Assembly: GCA_963664875.1 (NCBI GenBank)
Contig: OY761611.1
Span: forward strand, 800,001 to 864,000
Origin: Candidatus Kapaibacterium sp.
GTDB taxonomy: Bacteria; Bacteroidota; Ignavibacteria; Kapaibacteriales; UBA2268
Direction of reading: 5' to 3'
Length of the DNA stretch: 64,000 bases
Shown here: in pieces, positions 38,538 to 48,315 of the stretch
Numbering within the stretch: position 1 is the stretch's first letter
Layout of the letters: every line of letters begins with the position of its first letter
Translations under genes and position numbers: made by a program
The notes under the pieces: model-generated
The model's database searches: none
What the model was told of the DNA's origin: nothing
The model's input: only the letters and a program-made list of their open reading frames with translations

Positions 38538-39290
38538 ATGGCTGGACATAGTAAGTGGGCTAACATAAAGCACAGAAAAGGCAGACAGGATGCCAAAAAA
38601 GGAAAAGTATTTACTCGCATCGCGAAAGAAATAACTATCTCAGCTAAAGAAGGTGGTGGCGATCCGGATGCTAACCCTCGTTTAAGATTAGCTATCCAGA
38701 ATGGTAGATCTCAAAATATGCCTAATGATAATATCATAAGAGCTATCAAAAAAGGTACAGGCGAAATTGAAGGTGTTACTTACGAAGAAATTACTTATGA
38801 AGGCTATGCTCCGAGCGGCGTTGCCGTAATCATTGAAACTGTAACTGACAATCGCAACAGAACTGTAGCTGAAATTCGTTCGACTATGAGTAAATTAGGT
38901 GGTAATTTAGGCGAATCAGGCTCAGTTGCCTGGAATTTCGAACGTAAGGGTGTTATTACAATCAACACTAACGGCAAAGCTGAAGATGAGCTTTTAGAAC
39001 TCGTTTTAGAATCCGGTGCAGATGACCTTGAATATGGAGAAGAATCTTGCCGAATTATATCTTCTATGGAAAATTTCTCTACTGCAAATAAATATTTTGG
39101 TAGTGCTTCCGGCATAGAAGTTACTGAAGCTAAACTTGAATATATTCCTAAAGATATGGCGAAAGTAACTGATCCTAAAATCGCGGAGAAAGTTATCAAG
39201 TTTATTGATACTTTAGAAGACCATGATGATGTTCAAAATCTATTTTCAAATATGGAAATCGACGAGAGTATCATTGATCAGCTCGACTAA
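38538..39290 (+). CDS. yebC: YebC/PmpR/TACO1 family protein
   Basis: MAGHSKWANIKHRK, YEGYAP, TDNRNRT, LEDHDDVQN. Confidence 0.96.
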   Translation: MAGHSKWANIKHRKGRQDAKKGKVFTRIAKEITISAKEGGGDPDANPRLRLAIQNGRSQNMPNDNIIRAIKKGTGEIEGVTYEEITYEGYAPSGVAVIIETVTDNRNRTVAEIRSTMSKLGGNLGESGSVAWNFERKGVITINTNGKAEDELLELVLESGADDLEYGEESCRIISSMENFSTANKYFGSASGIEVTEAKLEYIPKDMAKVTDPKIAEKVIKFIDTLEDHDDVQNLFSNMEIDESIIDQLD

Positions 39291-39493
39291 TTCACATAAA
39301 GACTTTATATTCCAACAAGTTCTTAGATATACCTAAGAACTTTTTTTATACATATTTTGATTTTTTTACTTTTCAAAATTAGTTCCTTCAATTAAGACTA
39401 GGGCGCTGCAAAAAAAATCAAACAAATAAATTTCTTATCTTACTCTTTCTTTTTTAAATTGCTTTATTGAAATATTTATAATTTGAGTTAGAC

Positions 39494-40471
39494 ATGAAAG
39501 AAATTAAGATTGCGGTTATAGGAACAGGGCATCTCGGCTCTATACATACAAAACTGTGGAAAAATATCGCAGGTGCGAAGCTTGAAGGCATTTATGATGT
39601 AAATCAAGAAAGAGTAAATGAGCTGGCTTCCGAACACGGTTGCACTCCGTTTAAAACTGTAGATGAAGCTATTGATGCAGTAGATGCTGTTACTATTGCG
39701 GCTCCTACTTCTTTGCACTATGAAATTGCCTGCAAAGCTATTAGAGCAGGAAAACATTGTTTTATTGAAAAACCTATCACAGCGACTAACGAAGAAGCTA
39801 CTAATTTGATAGAACTTGCAGAGAAGAATAATGTACTTATTCAGGTTGGTCATGTAGAAAGATTTAATCCGGCACTTGCTGCGATTAAAGATTATAAGGT
39901 TACGCCTCTTTTTATGGAAGCTCACAGATTAAGTCAATTTAGACCGAGAGCAATAGACGTTTCCGTTATTCATGATTTGATGATACATGATATAGATATT
40001 ATGCTTTCTATGGCAAAATCAAAAGTTACAAGCATAGATGCTAACGGCGTTGCAGTACTTACAGATACAACTGATATAGCCAACGCTCGCATAAAATTTG
40101 AAAACGGCTGTGTAGCAAACTTAACTGCTTCAAGAATATCAGCAAGTCCTATGCGTAAGATGCGTATTTTCGGCAAAGACGCTTATTTTTCTATTGATTT
40201 CGGGAAACCTGATGTTGATGTTTATCGCCTTTTAGAAGACACAGAAACACCTATGGAAGGTTCTCTCGCTACAATGCTTGGAACTATCGAAGCAGGACTG
40301 AAAAATAAAAATATTGTTTTTGAAAAACCTGAAGTGCCGCAATTGAATGCTATTGCTGAAGAGCAAAAAGCCTTTGTTGAAGCCATCAGCCAAGGCAAGC
40401 CTATAGCAGTAAATGCAAGAGACGCTGCCGAAGCTCTAAGAATAGCAGAAGCTATTGCTAAAATGGTATAG
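39494..40471 (+). CDS. Gfo/Idh/MocA family oxidoreductase (GnnA-like)
   Basis: GTGHLG, EKP, VGHVERFNPA, DLMIHDID, NLTASR. Confidence 0.9.
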   Translation: MKEIKIAVIGTGHLGSIHTKLWKNIAGAKLEGIYDVNQERVNELASEHGCTPFKTVDEAIDAVDAVTIAAPTSLHYEIACKAIRAGKHCFIEKPITATNEEATNLIELAEKNNVLIQVGHVERFNPALAAIKDYKVTPLFMEAHRLSQFRPRAIDVSVIHDLMIHDIDIMLSMAKSKVTSIDANGVAVLTDTTDIANARIKFENGCVANLTASRISASPMRKMRIFGKDAYFSIDFGKPDVDVYRLLEDTETPMEGSLATMLGTIEAGLKNKNIVFEKPEVPQLNAIAEEQKAFVEAISQGKPIAVNARDAAEALRIAEAIAKMV

Positions 40472-40485
40472 TCATTAGTTAAGAA

Positions 40486-40514
40486 AAAACTCCCTTTTCC
40501 GTAAGGGAGTTTTA
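40486..40514. terminator. Bidirectional terminator
   Basis: AAAACTCCCTT/AAGGGAGTTTT inverted repeat between convergent genes. Confidence 0.8.
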
Positions 40515-40519
40515 TTCTT

Positions 40520-41674
40520 CTAATAGTAGTGCATCAATATCTGTTTGCCGTCTGATTTGCATTTTGCTGCAATGAGAGGTATAATTTTTGCTCGAGTCAG
40601 AAGACCTTTCTGCTTGAACTTAATATCTTTTGTAGCAGGATTTTGAGAAGTACCAATCATAAAGCGAATTTTATCAGCAAATTGTAAAGCATCTAATAGC
40701 TTTACAGCTGAATTGTTATCGTCCATCAGCACTCTGTCTTCGTCCCAAATATTATAGACCTGATTCAAAGTAATAGCCCCCTCCGTTACTAAGTCGATAC
40801 CCTCGATTTTACTAATGGGTGGAGTAAGCTCATCATGCAAATCACCTTCGAGTTCAATAGATTTTCCTGTTACCTGAGATACAATTTTTGCAGTCGAAGC
40901 TCCACATACAATCTTGGTACCGTCAAAAGCGAGAAATTTTTCTATAACTTCTCTATCCAAACTTTTATTCGAAGGCGGCCCTGATAAAATATTTACTGTA
41001 GTTCCTTCTCGTCCCCAAGCAATGAGGGCAGTGGTGTCGTCGTCGTAGTTGCCTTTACATAGTTCATGTGCTTTCTGATTGATAGCAGAAGGCAATTCCA
41101 TGTAGTGCATTCTTTCATTGAGTCGTTCATTGATAAATCGATTTAAACCGGCAGACTCCCACCCCATACGAAGACCTCTTCCGAGACCTGCCTGAGTGAT
41201 ACCGTCACTGACAATTACTAAGGCTTCCCGGGGCTTCATAAAACAATTGGACTCCCCAATTATGGCATTTTCAACGGTATAAGTCCTTTGAGGCAGCACA
41301 TTTGAGTATGAGGGTGTCATAAAAATTGGTGCAGGCATATCGTAGGTCAACACAGTTGTTCCGCCGTCTTTCATTATGCGTGCAACAGTAAAAACTGCAT
41401 AAGGCAGCCCGTTTTTTGCAGCATGATTCATAGTTTTAACCAAGCTGGTGAAAGCTCTACGCAGTGAAAACTCAGTCGCCATAAGCTCTTTTAGTCTTGC
41501 TACACACATAGTAGCAGCAATATTGGCTTTGATGCCGTGCCCTAAGCCATCGCTGACTATAATATATGTATTTTCGTTTCGCCTTTCCCAATGCATCACA
41601 TCGCCACATGGTTTGTTTGGATGTTTAGAATTTTGGATAGCTTCTATTTCGATATGTAAGTATCCCATAGCCAC
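40520..41674 (-). CDS. SpoIIE/PP2C-type Ser/Thr phosphatase (HfsC-like)
   Basis: CGD, SDGLGHG, SDGITQAG, DDTT; C-terminal GPP...KIVCG...DLVTEG domain. Confidence 0.9.
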   Translation of the reverse strand: MAMGYLHIEIEAIQNSKHPNKPCGDVMHWERRNENTYIIVSDGLGHGIKANIAATMCVARLKELMATEFSLRRAFTSLVKTMNHAAKNGLPYAVFTVARIMKDGGTTVLTYDMPAPIFMTPSYSNVLPQRTYTVENAIIGESNCFMKPREALVIVSDGITQAGLGRGLRMGWESAGLNRFINERLNERMHYMELPSAINQKAHELCKGNYDDDTTALIAWGREGTTVNILSGPPSNKSLDREVIEKFLAFDGTKIVCGASTAKIVSQVTGKSIELEGDLHDELTPPISKIEGIDLVTEGAITLNQVYNIWDEDRVLMDDNNSAVKLLDALQFADKIRFMIGTSQNPATKDIKFKQKGLLTRAKIIPLIAAKCKSDGKQILMHYY

Positions 41675-43434
41675 TTATCATCTTTTTTGTTTTCAACTTT
41701 TTCTTCATCTTCTGTGAGTTTCATGAGGTTTTCTACAAGTTCTTCGCCTCTTGCAGTACTTTCTCCCAGTAACTTAGCAATGTTTTGTGCCATTGTTACC
41801 TGATGGTCAAACAATTCCTGAGCCTGCATGATAGTTTTGCGTTTCATGGAACTCAATTTTACTTTATCAGCCAGACTGTTGGTAATATTTACAAAGATAC
41901 CAACATATTGCTTTTCTTCTTTCAATTTATAGATAATCTGGTGGCAAGTGATACCATATCTTTCGTGTTTTACTGTTAGCTCCATTTTGTCAGTATCCCC
42001 TGAAGCTACTTTTTGGAAAGGCTCCGGATCCATAAGGTATGAAATGTGTTTACCATTTACAGAATGAGTTGCCTGGAAAAACTTTCTGAATGCATTATTG
42101 GTATGGATAATATTCAATCGCAAATCAAGTATCACAATACCGTTTGGTGATGTTTCAATAATCCTATCTGTCCTTTGTTCAGCAATTTTTCTGACATAAG
42201 GAAGACACATATTGAGTTCTGCCATGCCCATTAGCACAGCAATTGCTTTTTCACGGCAAGTGTCATAGCCGCAGGATCCACAATTCAGATGATCTTCTTC
42301 TTTAGTTTTTCCCGTTTTTTCGAGAACTGAATTTATTTCATCTTCACTAAAGTTTGGTACGCAAACAGGTCTTTCTTCTGTGTAAGAAGAACAAAGCTGA
42401 AGGCTATCGTACAAATCTTCCGCATTAGTTACAGAATCATAAGTAATTCTGTTCTTTGCGTAATTTAGAATTCTTCTTTTCCTCTCAAAGATGTTTTCTT
42501 TCAATTCCACACCGGGACCATTGATGCACCCCTGAGAACAAAAAAGAGGCTCTATAACTAAAGTACCTGCAGTTTGCTTTGCCAATGCCAGCGACTCTTC
42601 TATTTCATCAAATCCTGATACAGAAAATATATCTGCAGAGAGTAAATCTGTATCCATTTCACCTGTGCGACTGCTACCTCCCATCAATGGAAAAAGCCTC
42701 GAATCACCAAGAGGCAGCTCGTCAAACTCACTTTCTTCGAATGTTTTTAAATCTATTTTTTCCTCAGCAAACCAATCATTCAACTCATCGAAAGTAAGTA
42801 CAACATCTATAAGGTTATCGTATTCATTTCTTTGAGCTTCAGCCTTTTTGGCAACACATGGACCTACAAAAACTATTTTGACATCATCTCCAAGTTTTGC
42901 TTTTAGGTGTTTAGCATGAGCAGCCATAGGAGAAATCACAGGAACAATATTATCAACCAAATTTGGCTGGTATTTTTCAATATAAGACACAACAGCAGGA
43001 CATGCCGAGCCTATATGAGCTTTGCCTTTGTTTGATTCTATATATTCTTTAGTTTTTTTTGCGACATAATATGCACCCACTGCTGTCTCAGAAATATGGA
43101 AAAATCTCATTGAACGCAATGCAGCAACTAATCTTTTTCTTTGCCATGTTTGATAGAAAGCGGCGTAAGAAGGAGCAATGGAAATAGCTACTTTGTTGTA
43201 ATCTGACAGAAATTTTTTGACTTTATCGGCATCTTTCCGATAAGTTTTAGCTTTCTGAGGGCACTCTCTGATGCAAGTCCCACAGGATATGCACATATCA
43301 TTATCAACATAAGCCTGCCCGTCGTACATTCTTATTGCTTTTACAGGGCAATGCCTTATACATCTGTAACAATCATGGCATTTGGCTTCGTTGGTGAAGA
43401 CAATCTGCCCCTGGACGCGTGGTACAAACTCCAT
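41644..43434 (-). CDS. Group C sensory [FeFe]-hydrogenase with PAS domain (HydS/HfsB-like)
   Basis: Two ferredoxin motifs; H-cluster motifs GSACP, GPCVAKKAE, EPLFCSQGCINGPG; CGSCGYDTC FeS domain; PAS (IIETSPNGIVILD). Confidence 0.9.
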   Translation of the reverse strand: MEFVPRVQGQIVFTNEAKCHDCYRCIRHCPVKAIRMYDGQAYVDNDMCISCGTCIRECPQKAKTYRKDADKVKKFLSDYNKVAISIAPSYAAFYQTWQRKRLVAALRSMRFFHISETAVGAYYVAKKTKEYIESNKGKAHIGSACPAVVSYIEKYQPNLVDNIVPVISPMAAHAKHLKAKLGDDVKIVFVGPCVAKKAEAQRNEYDNLIDVVLTFDELNDWFAEEKIDLKTFEESEFDELPLGDSRLFPLMGGSSRTGEMDTDLLSADIFSVSGFDEIEESLALAKQTAGTLVIEPLFCSQGCINGPGVELKENIFERKRRILNYAKNRITYDSVTNAEDLYDSLQLCSSYTEERPVCVPNFSEDEINSVLEKTGKTKEEDHLNCGSCGYDTCREKAIAVLMGMAELNMCLPYVRKIAEQRTDRIIETSPNGIVILDLRLNIIHTNNAFRKFFQATHSVNGKHISYLMDPEPFQKVASGDTDKMELTVKHERYGITCHQIIYKLKEEKQYVGIFVNITNSLADKVKLSSMKRKTIMQAQELFDHQVTMAQNIAKLLGESTARGEELVENLMKLTEDEEKVENKKDDKWLWDTYISK

Positions 43435-43624
43435 TTCGTAGCCTTAGTATGTATATTGTATAATCAAACAATGTAATGTAAACAGAAGGTAGTAAACAAG
43501 CAAGGTATTTGGAGTTAACTCTTTTAAAGTTAGGTTGGATTTTATATATGAAATTTTGATAAAAAACAAGAGGCTACCTGAAACAAGCAACCTCTTTTGT
43601 TTATATATATATGAGGAGAAGAAA

Positions 43625-44932
43625 TTACAATTTGACAACTGTACGGAAATACATCATTGCACCAAGATCTTCACGATATTTCACTTCTGTTCCTTCAGTA
43701 TAGGCATAAATGTCTTTCATGTATTCGCCTTGCATAAAGAAACCACTTCCCCATTCGAAGAATACACCTTTTGTTACATTGTATTTGATATTCAAGTCGA
43801 TTTCCTGACCATAATCAGATTTATCGCTTACTGTTTTAGCATTAGTTGTAAACATGTGAGCGGCAACTGTAAATACCCAATCAGATTTAGCTCCACCGTA
43901 AGCCAGTGCTAAATAGAAATCATTAACTCCGGCATTTTTATAAGGTGCCATAGATACGAAATAATCCATGTTACCCATAAATTTGTGTTTAGCCGCTAAT
44001 TTGTTGCTGTAAGTATTGTATTTTTCTGTTTCGTCATAAGCAGTACCGGAAAGCATATCTAAACCTACGGACAGCTTAAGAGGATTGAAGTTATAAGATA
44101 CGTCAACTGCAGCTGTATAAGCAGCAATGTCTTTACCACCGTTATCCCCAAACTGGTAAGCACCTTCGATTGTAGTACCTAAATCACCATACTTGCCAAA
44201 ATAACTCATAGCTAAAGTAAATCTTTCTAAGGCATCTTGAGTTTCACCATCAACTACTATGTCTTTTGCATCATTTTCCGCAAAAATTGTAAAATCGAGG
44301 TCTGACTTATCAGTAAGATTGATACGTGAATAGATACCTGTAATGCAAAGTGCGTCAAAATCTGAGGCTTCATCAACCGGCCAATTACTTGGAACAGCTG
44401 CTACTTGCTGACCTGTGATTGCACCGATTTTTCTTTCATTCAATCGGAATAAATCGATCATCCATTTTTCTTGTTTTAAACCAAACCTAACACCGTCAAA
44501 TGATCTTTCAGTATAGCTCCAAAATGAGTTGGAAATAAACCTACCGGTGCCATAATTCATTTGAAAACGACCAACCTGAGCACTTAGAGGTACGTTAAAA
44601 ATATTATCAAATTTGACATACCCTTGTATCATCTCCAAGCTGCTGTTATCGCTTGTCAAGCTTGGCTCCTGTCCCCAAATGCGCGAATCCTGCATTTCCA
44701 TATTAAAGCCCACATACTTATTCAGCCATTTTTCAACACCTACTCGTGTTTTCATGCTTGAATATGTCTGCATATAAGTAGAGTTGTCAAAATCACGACC
44801 ATCTACATAAGGAATAATTTGTGACATACCGGAAATTTTCCATCCATCGTACAAATCAGTTTTGATTTCCTTTTGAGAATAAGCAGGAATAGATAACGCC
44901 ACTAATAAAATCATAGCAAGTAGCTTTTTCAT
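43625..44932 (-). CDS. Alginate-export (AlgE-like) outer-membrane porin
   Basis: QDSRIWG, GRFQMNYG..R......W....RSFDG, EGAYQFG, HKFMGNMDYF, GQEIDL motifs. Confidence 0.8.
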   Translation of the reverse strand: MKKLLAMILLVALSIPAYSQKEIKTDLYDGWKISGMSQIIPYVDGRDFDNSTYMQTYSSMKTRVGVEKWLNKYVGFNMEMQDSRIWGQEPSLTSDNSSLEMIQGYVKFDNIFNVPLSAQVGRFQMNYGTGRFISNSFWSYTERSFDGVRFGLKQEKWMIDLFRLNERKIGAITGQQVAAVPSNWPVDEASDFDALCITGIYSRINLTDKSDLDFTIFAENDAKDIVVDGETQDALERFTLAMSYFGKYGDLGTTIEGAYQFGDNGGKDIAAYTAAVDVSYNFNPLKLSVGLDMLSGTAYDETEKYNTYSNKLAAKHKFMGNMDYFVSMAPYKNAGVNDFYLALAYGGAKSDWVFTVAAHMFTTNAKTVSDKSDYGQEIDLNIKYNVTKGVFFEWGSGFFMQGEYMKDIYAYTEGTEVKYREDLGAMMYFRTVVKL

Positions 44933-45148
44933 ATTGTTTTACCCATAATTATACAATACTTCGTAAATACATTTCTACGCAGCAATATTATATTTATTGT
45001 TACTTTTAAATTCAAATAAACATATTCATATTAAAGATTATATGCTTTAATTATTGTATAGGTATTTAGGCAAGGCATAAAAAAAGACTGCCCCAAGGCA
45101 GCCTCAATTTATTTCTTATTCTGATTTCTTATTTGTTATTGCAAACAG

Positions 45149-45931
45149 CTATTTTACATTTAGACTAATGCAGTTGTCCTGATAGCCATCAACAGGCAAG
45201 GAAAGAGCACTCAATGTTACTTTTTGAGATGGGAATACATTTTTAAGCAATCCTATCCCTTCTGCATAATAGAAGTTACCAACTAAATCAAAACTTACAG
45301 GAATTGCAGTAGGAATGCCTTCAATCGTAGCATTACCGGATACATTGTATTTAATTTCTATTCTTCTTACGTTGTAGTCTTTATCACTTACTGTCAAAGT
45401 AGATTCCTCTTTCAAAGTACCTGTTATTTTCAAAGTGCCTGTGAGCACAGCTTTGACAGCCTCATAATTGATAGGCAAATTAGTCAAATTAAGAGAATAT
45501 ATCTCCCAAGAATTTTGAGTCAAATCTGCAATTGTTACCCATGACTGAGGTACAGGCAATTCAAATGGTAGAGACACCGGCAAAATATCAGAAACAAGAC
45601 TTTCTAATTTTTTACCGTTTGGAATAAAATGTTTATCTCTATTGTAACCGTCGCCGTCGAATTTGTAAATATAAGCATCTCTTGCTTGTATTGTTTCTTT
45701 ACCTGTTATAGTTACAGAATATTCTATGCGAGAGCTTTGGTCGATTTCGCCTGTAGATTCAGGTATATCAAAGGATTCGTATGTCCAAGTATCACCGACA
45801 GTTGCTGTGAAGAAATTTTCACCGACTGTAGGTGGATTAATCGGATTAGAATCATCATCATCGCTACAAGAGTTGATAAACACCATACCTGCAAAAAGCA
45901 AGATGATAGCAGCTAATTTAGTTTTTAGCAT
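45149..45931 (-). CDS. Lipoprotein, probably surface-exposed (paralog of neighbour)
   Basis: Lipobox INSC followed by SDDDDS; GDTWTY and YYAEGIGLL. Confidence 0.8.
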   Translation of the reverse strand: MLKTKLAAIILLFAGMVFINSCSDDDDSNPINPPTVGENFFTATVGDTWTYESFDIPESTGEIDQSSRIEYSVTITGKETIQARDAYIYKFDGDGYNRDKHFIPNGKKLESLVSDILPVSLPFELPVPQSWVTIADLTQNSWEIYSLNLTNLPINYEAVKAVLTGTLKITGTLKEESTLTVSDKDYNVRRIEIKYNVSGNATIEGIPTAIPVSFDLVGNFYYAEGIGLLKNVFPSQKVTLSALSLPVDGYQDNCISLNVK

Positions 45932-45939
45932 AAATTCTC

Positions 45940-46701
45940 CTATTTTATATTATATCTTAAAAGTTTTCTTACCATTCCCGGCATTTGCTGTGAGCCTAAC
46001 ATAGGAATTTCGATTTCAAAAGGATTTTGCTTTTGTTGTACCATACCAATTCCTTTTGCAAAGGAAACTTCCTGATTCAAGTCAATGCTAAATGACATGC
46101 CCAACAACTTTAATTTTACATCTACCGACATGTCAATAGAATAGTTTTGGCAAAGTATATTCTGTCCGGCAACTTCGATCATTGAGTCATCTAACCTTGC
46201 TCCGTCAGCTTCTATCTGAACTTCAACTTCGAACTGTTGGCCTCCCATATCAATGGTACGGGTTTCTTTATCAGTCTTGATTATTTTCCAATCCGCGTCA
46301 GCAGAATCCACAACCTGCAACCATTGCTCCTCGAAAAGCTCATCAGTTGGAAATCCATCCATACTAACTGAAGCAAGATAGTTACTAAAAGTAAAAATTT
46401 TAGAGCCATCTACACTATAATACACTTCATTGGTCTCATTGGTTGCAGCGTTCACAGAAATAAATATTTTACCTGTTTTATCTAATTTTGTTATAGTACC
46501 TTTCACGTATGTAGAATCAGTTTCTTCCTCGGTTGAGCCTTCAATTTCATAGACAGTATTATATATCCAATAGCTACCTTCTGTCATTGGGAACAAATCA
46601 CTTGATTTGACTGAAGGATTTGGCGAAACCGGCGAGTCTTTATCATCAGAACAGGCAAATGCAATAAATGCCATGAACAGAAGCAATAGATATTTTTTCA
46701 T
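45940..46701 (-). CDS. Lipoprotein, probably surface-exposed (paralog of neighbour)
   Basis: Lipobox AFAC followed by SDDKDS; GSYWIY and FAKGIGMV. Start moved to MKKYLL. Confidence 0.8.
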   Translation of the reverse strand: MKKYLLLLFMAFIAFACSDDKDSPVSPNPSVKSSDLFPMTEGSYWIYNTVYEIEGSTEEETDSTYVKGTITKLDKTGKIFISVNAATNETNEVYYSVDGSKIFTFSNYLASVSMDGFPTDELFEEQWLQVVDSADADWKIIKTDKETRTIDMGGQQFEVEVQIEADGARLDDSMIEVAGQNILCQNYSIDMSVDVKLKLLGMSFSIDLNQEVSFAKGIGMVQQKQNPFEIEIPMLGSQQMPGMVRKLLRYNIK

Positions 46702-46765
46702 TATATTATTCCTAAGAGTAAATTTATACACATTATAAAGTCAATTTAAGATATTTTTAGCTAAT

Positions 46766-46797
46766 AAAAAAGGCTAACCTTTGTCAAGGTTAGCCTT
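46766..46797 (-). terminator. Terminator after the T9SS-CTD cytochrome gene
   Basis: AAGGCTAACCTT/AAGGTTAGCCTT stem with an A-run (U-run on minus strand). Confidence 0.8.
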
Positions 46798-46823
46798 CAG
46801 TTTATATTCTAATTTGATAAGCT

Positions 46824-48206
46824 CTATTTTGTAAGTAGCATTCTCATCGTTGCTGAATATTCTCCTGCTGTAAGCTTGTAAATATAGGTACCTTGTGGTT
46901 CTGAGCTCAAATCCACAGAAGGGGCGTATTCATTTGCATTCATTTCATTCTCAATAACTGTTCTAATAAGTGCACCCTTCAGATCATATACTTTGAGACT
47001 AACAAAAGCTTTCTTATGAAGTCTAAATTTAATCTGCGTTTGAGATGATAAAGGATTAGGATAGTTTTGATACAAACTAAACATTTGGTTTTCGCGTTCG
47101 ATTACACTATTGGGATCACGGGTAAATCCAAGCTTTTTCATTTCATCAGCAGTTAAAGGTTCTGCATAGAACAAATGTGCATTATTTATTTGATTGCCAA
47201 GATAAGACCATTTAGTCATATCAGTAGCAGCAGTCGGGTCACCATCGTAGTCAACAAAATCAAACTTTAATGTTTTGTCCCAATCCAATGGAAGAGGAAT
47301 GACACCTTTCATATTATCTAATTTGTGAGTTTCTTCATTATAGGTCAACATCTGAATAACACCGGTATCGTTGTATGATTTTATAGCAACATTGGTACCA
47401 CCCATATTGTAATGACAATCGCTACAGGATTTTCCGTCTTCAACAATCAAATGACCTGTCAGAGGTGCTATTATTACATTTGTTTTTCCATTATAAACAT
47501 GAGTCATAAATGAGCCTGAAGTGTATTTACCTCTGCGTTTCACTAACATTTGAAAATCTTTAGTTTGTGTGTTTGCTCTTTTTATGTGTCCATCTATAAC
47601 AGATTCCATGTGACAATTTTGACACTGTACAACAGCTTTGACATGGCAAGCCTGGCATTCAAATTTTCCTGATTTTGCATGCATATTGTGTGCAGAATTC
47701 GAAGGTAAGTTTTCCTCTTTATGGCAATTAGTACATTTGGCTTTAATTGCACCCTCCGCCAACATTGAAGCATGCTGAACACCATCATCACCATGCAATT
47801 CTGAAGGTAGGTGACAACTCCAACATTTCATGCCGTGCTCAGAATGTGGATTCTCATGATCAGGATACATATTTGTCTCAGCCGTTTTTCGACTGTGGCA
47901 TGTAAGGCAAGTAGATTCAGAAATTGAATAGTTGTCAGCTGTATTATGACAATCTCTACAAGAAGGTTTATACGTGGCATTATCAACAACCTCACCGTCA
48001 GGATATTGGGTTGCATGGCAATTCTTGCAAGGCAACTTATCAATTTCTATTCCAATAAGAAGCTCCATCCCACCATTTTCTTTTTTATAAGCAGTGGCTT
48101 TGCCCTCTCTTGTGCTGTGAAGACTAGTGCTAAAATTTGCCTGTGACCAAATAATAATCGGCATGGAAATAATAGCAAGCATAATGAGTAAAAATCGCCA
48201 TTTCAT
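46824..48206 (-). CDS. Octaheme c-type cytochrome with C-terminal T9SS type A sorting domain
   Basis: Signal peptide; 8 CxxCH (CKNCH, CRDCH, CLTCH, CWSCH, CTNCH, CQACH, CQNCH, CSDCH); FSLYQNYPNP...LKVYDLKG...GTYIYKL...MRMLLTK. Confidence 0.9.
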   Translation of the reverse strand: MKWRFLLIMLAIISMPIIIWSQANFSTSLHSTREGKATAYKKENGGMELLIGIEIDKLPCKNCHATQYPDGEVVDNATYKPSCRDCHNTADNYSISESTCLTCHSRKTAETNMYPDHENPHSEHGMKCWSCHLPSELHGDDGVQHASMLAEGAIKAKCTNCHKEENLPSNSAHNMHAKSGKFECQACHVKAVVQCQNCHMESVIDGHIKRANTQTKDFQMLVKRRGKYTSGSFMTHVYNGKTNVIIAPLTGHLIVEDGKSCSDCHYNMGGTNVAIKSYNDTGVIQMLTYNEETHKLDNMKGVIPLPLDWDKTLKFDFVDYDGDPTAATDMTKWSYLGNQINNAHLFYAEPLTADEMKKLGFTRDPNSVIERENQMFSLYQNYPNPLSSQTQIKFRLHKKAFVSLKVYDLKGALIRTVIENEMNANEYAPSVDLSSEPQGTYIYKLTAGEYSATMRMLLTK

Positions 48207-48315
48207 AACAAGCTCCTATTTTGAAAGATATTTCAATACTAAAATACTTGTTAGCAATATAAATGAAATTGGAATGTTTGTCAATTATTATTATTATGTA
48301 ACCATTGTGTTGGAA

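Noticed and set aside
43452-43475. Regulon operator upstream of the sensory hydrogenase
   Set aside because: TATATTGT...ACAATGTA spans 24 bp rather than 22, so it was not counted.
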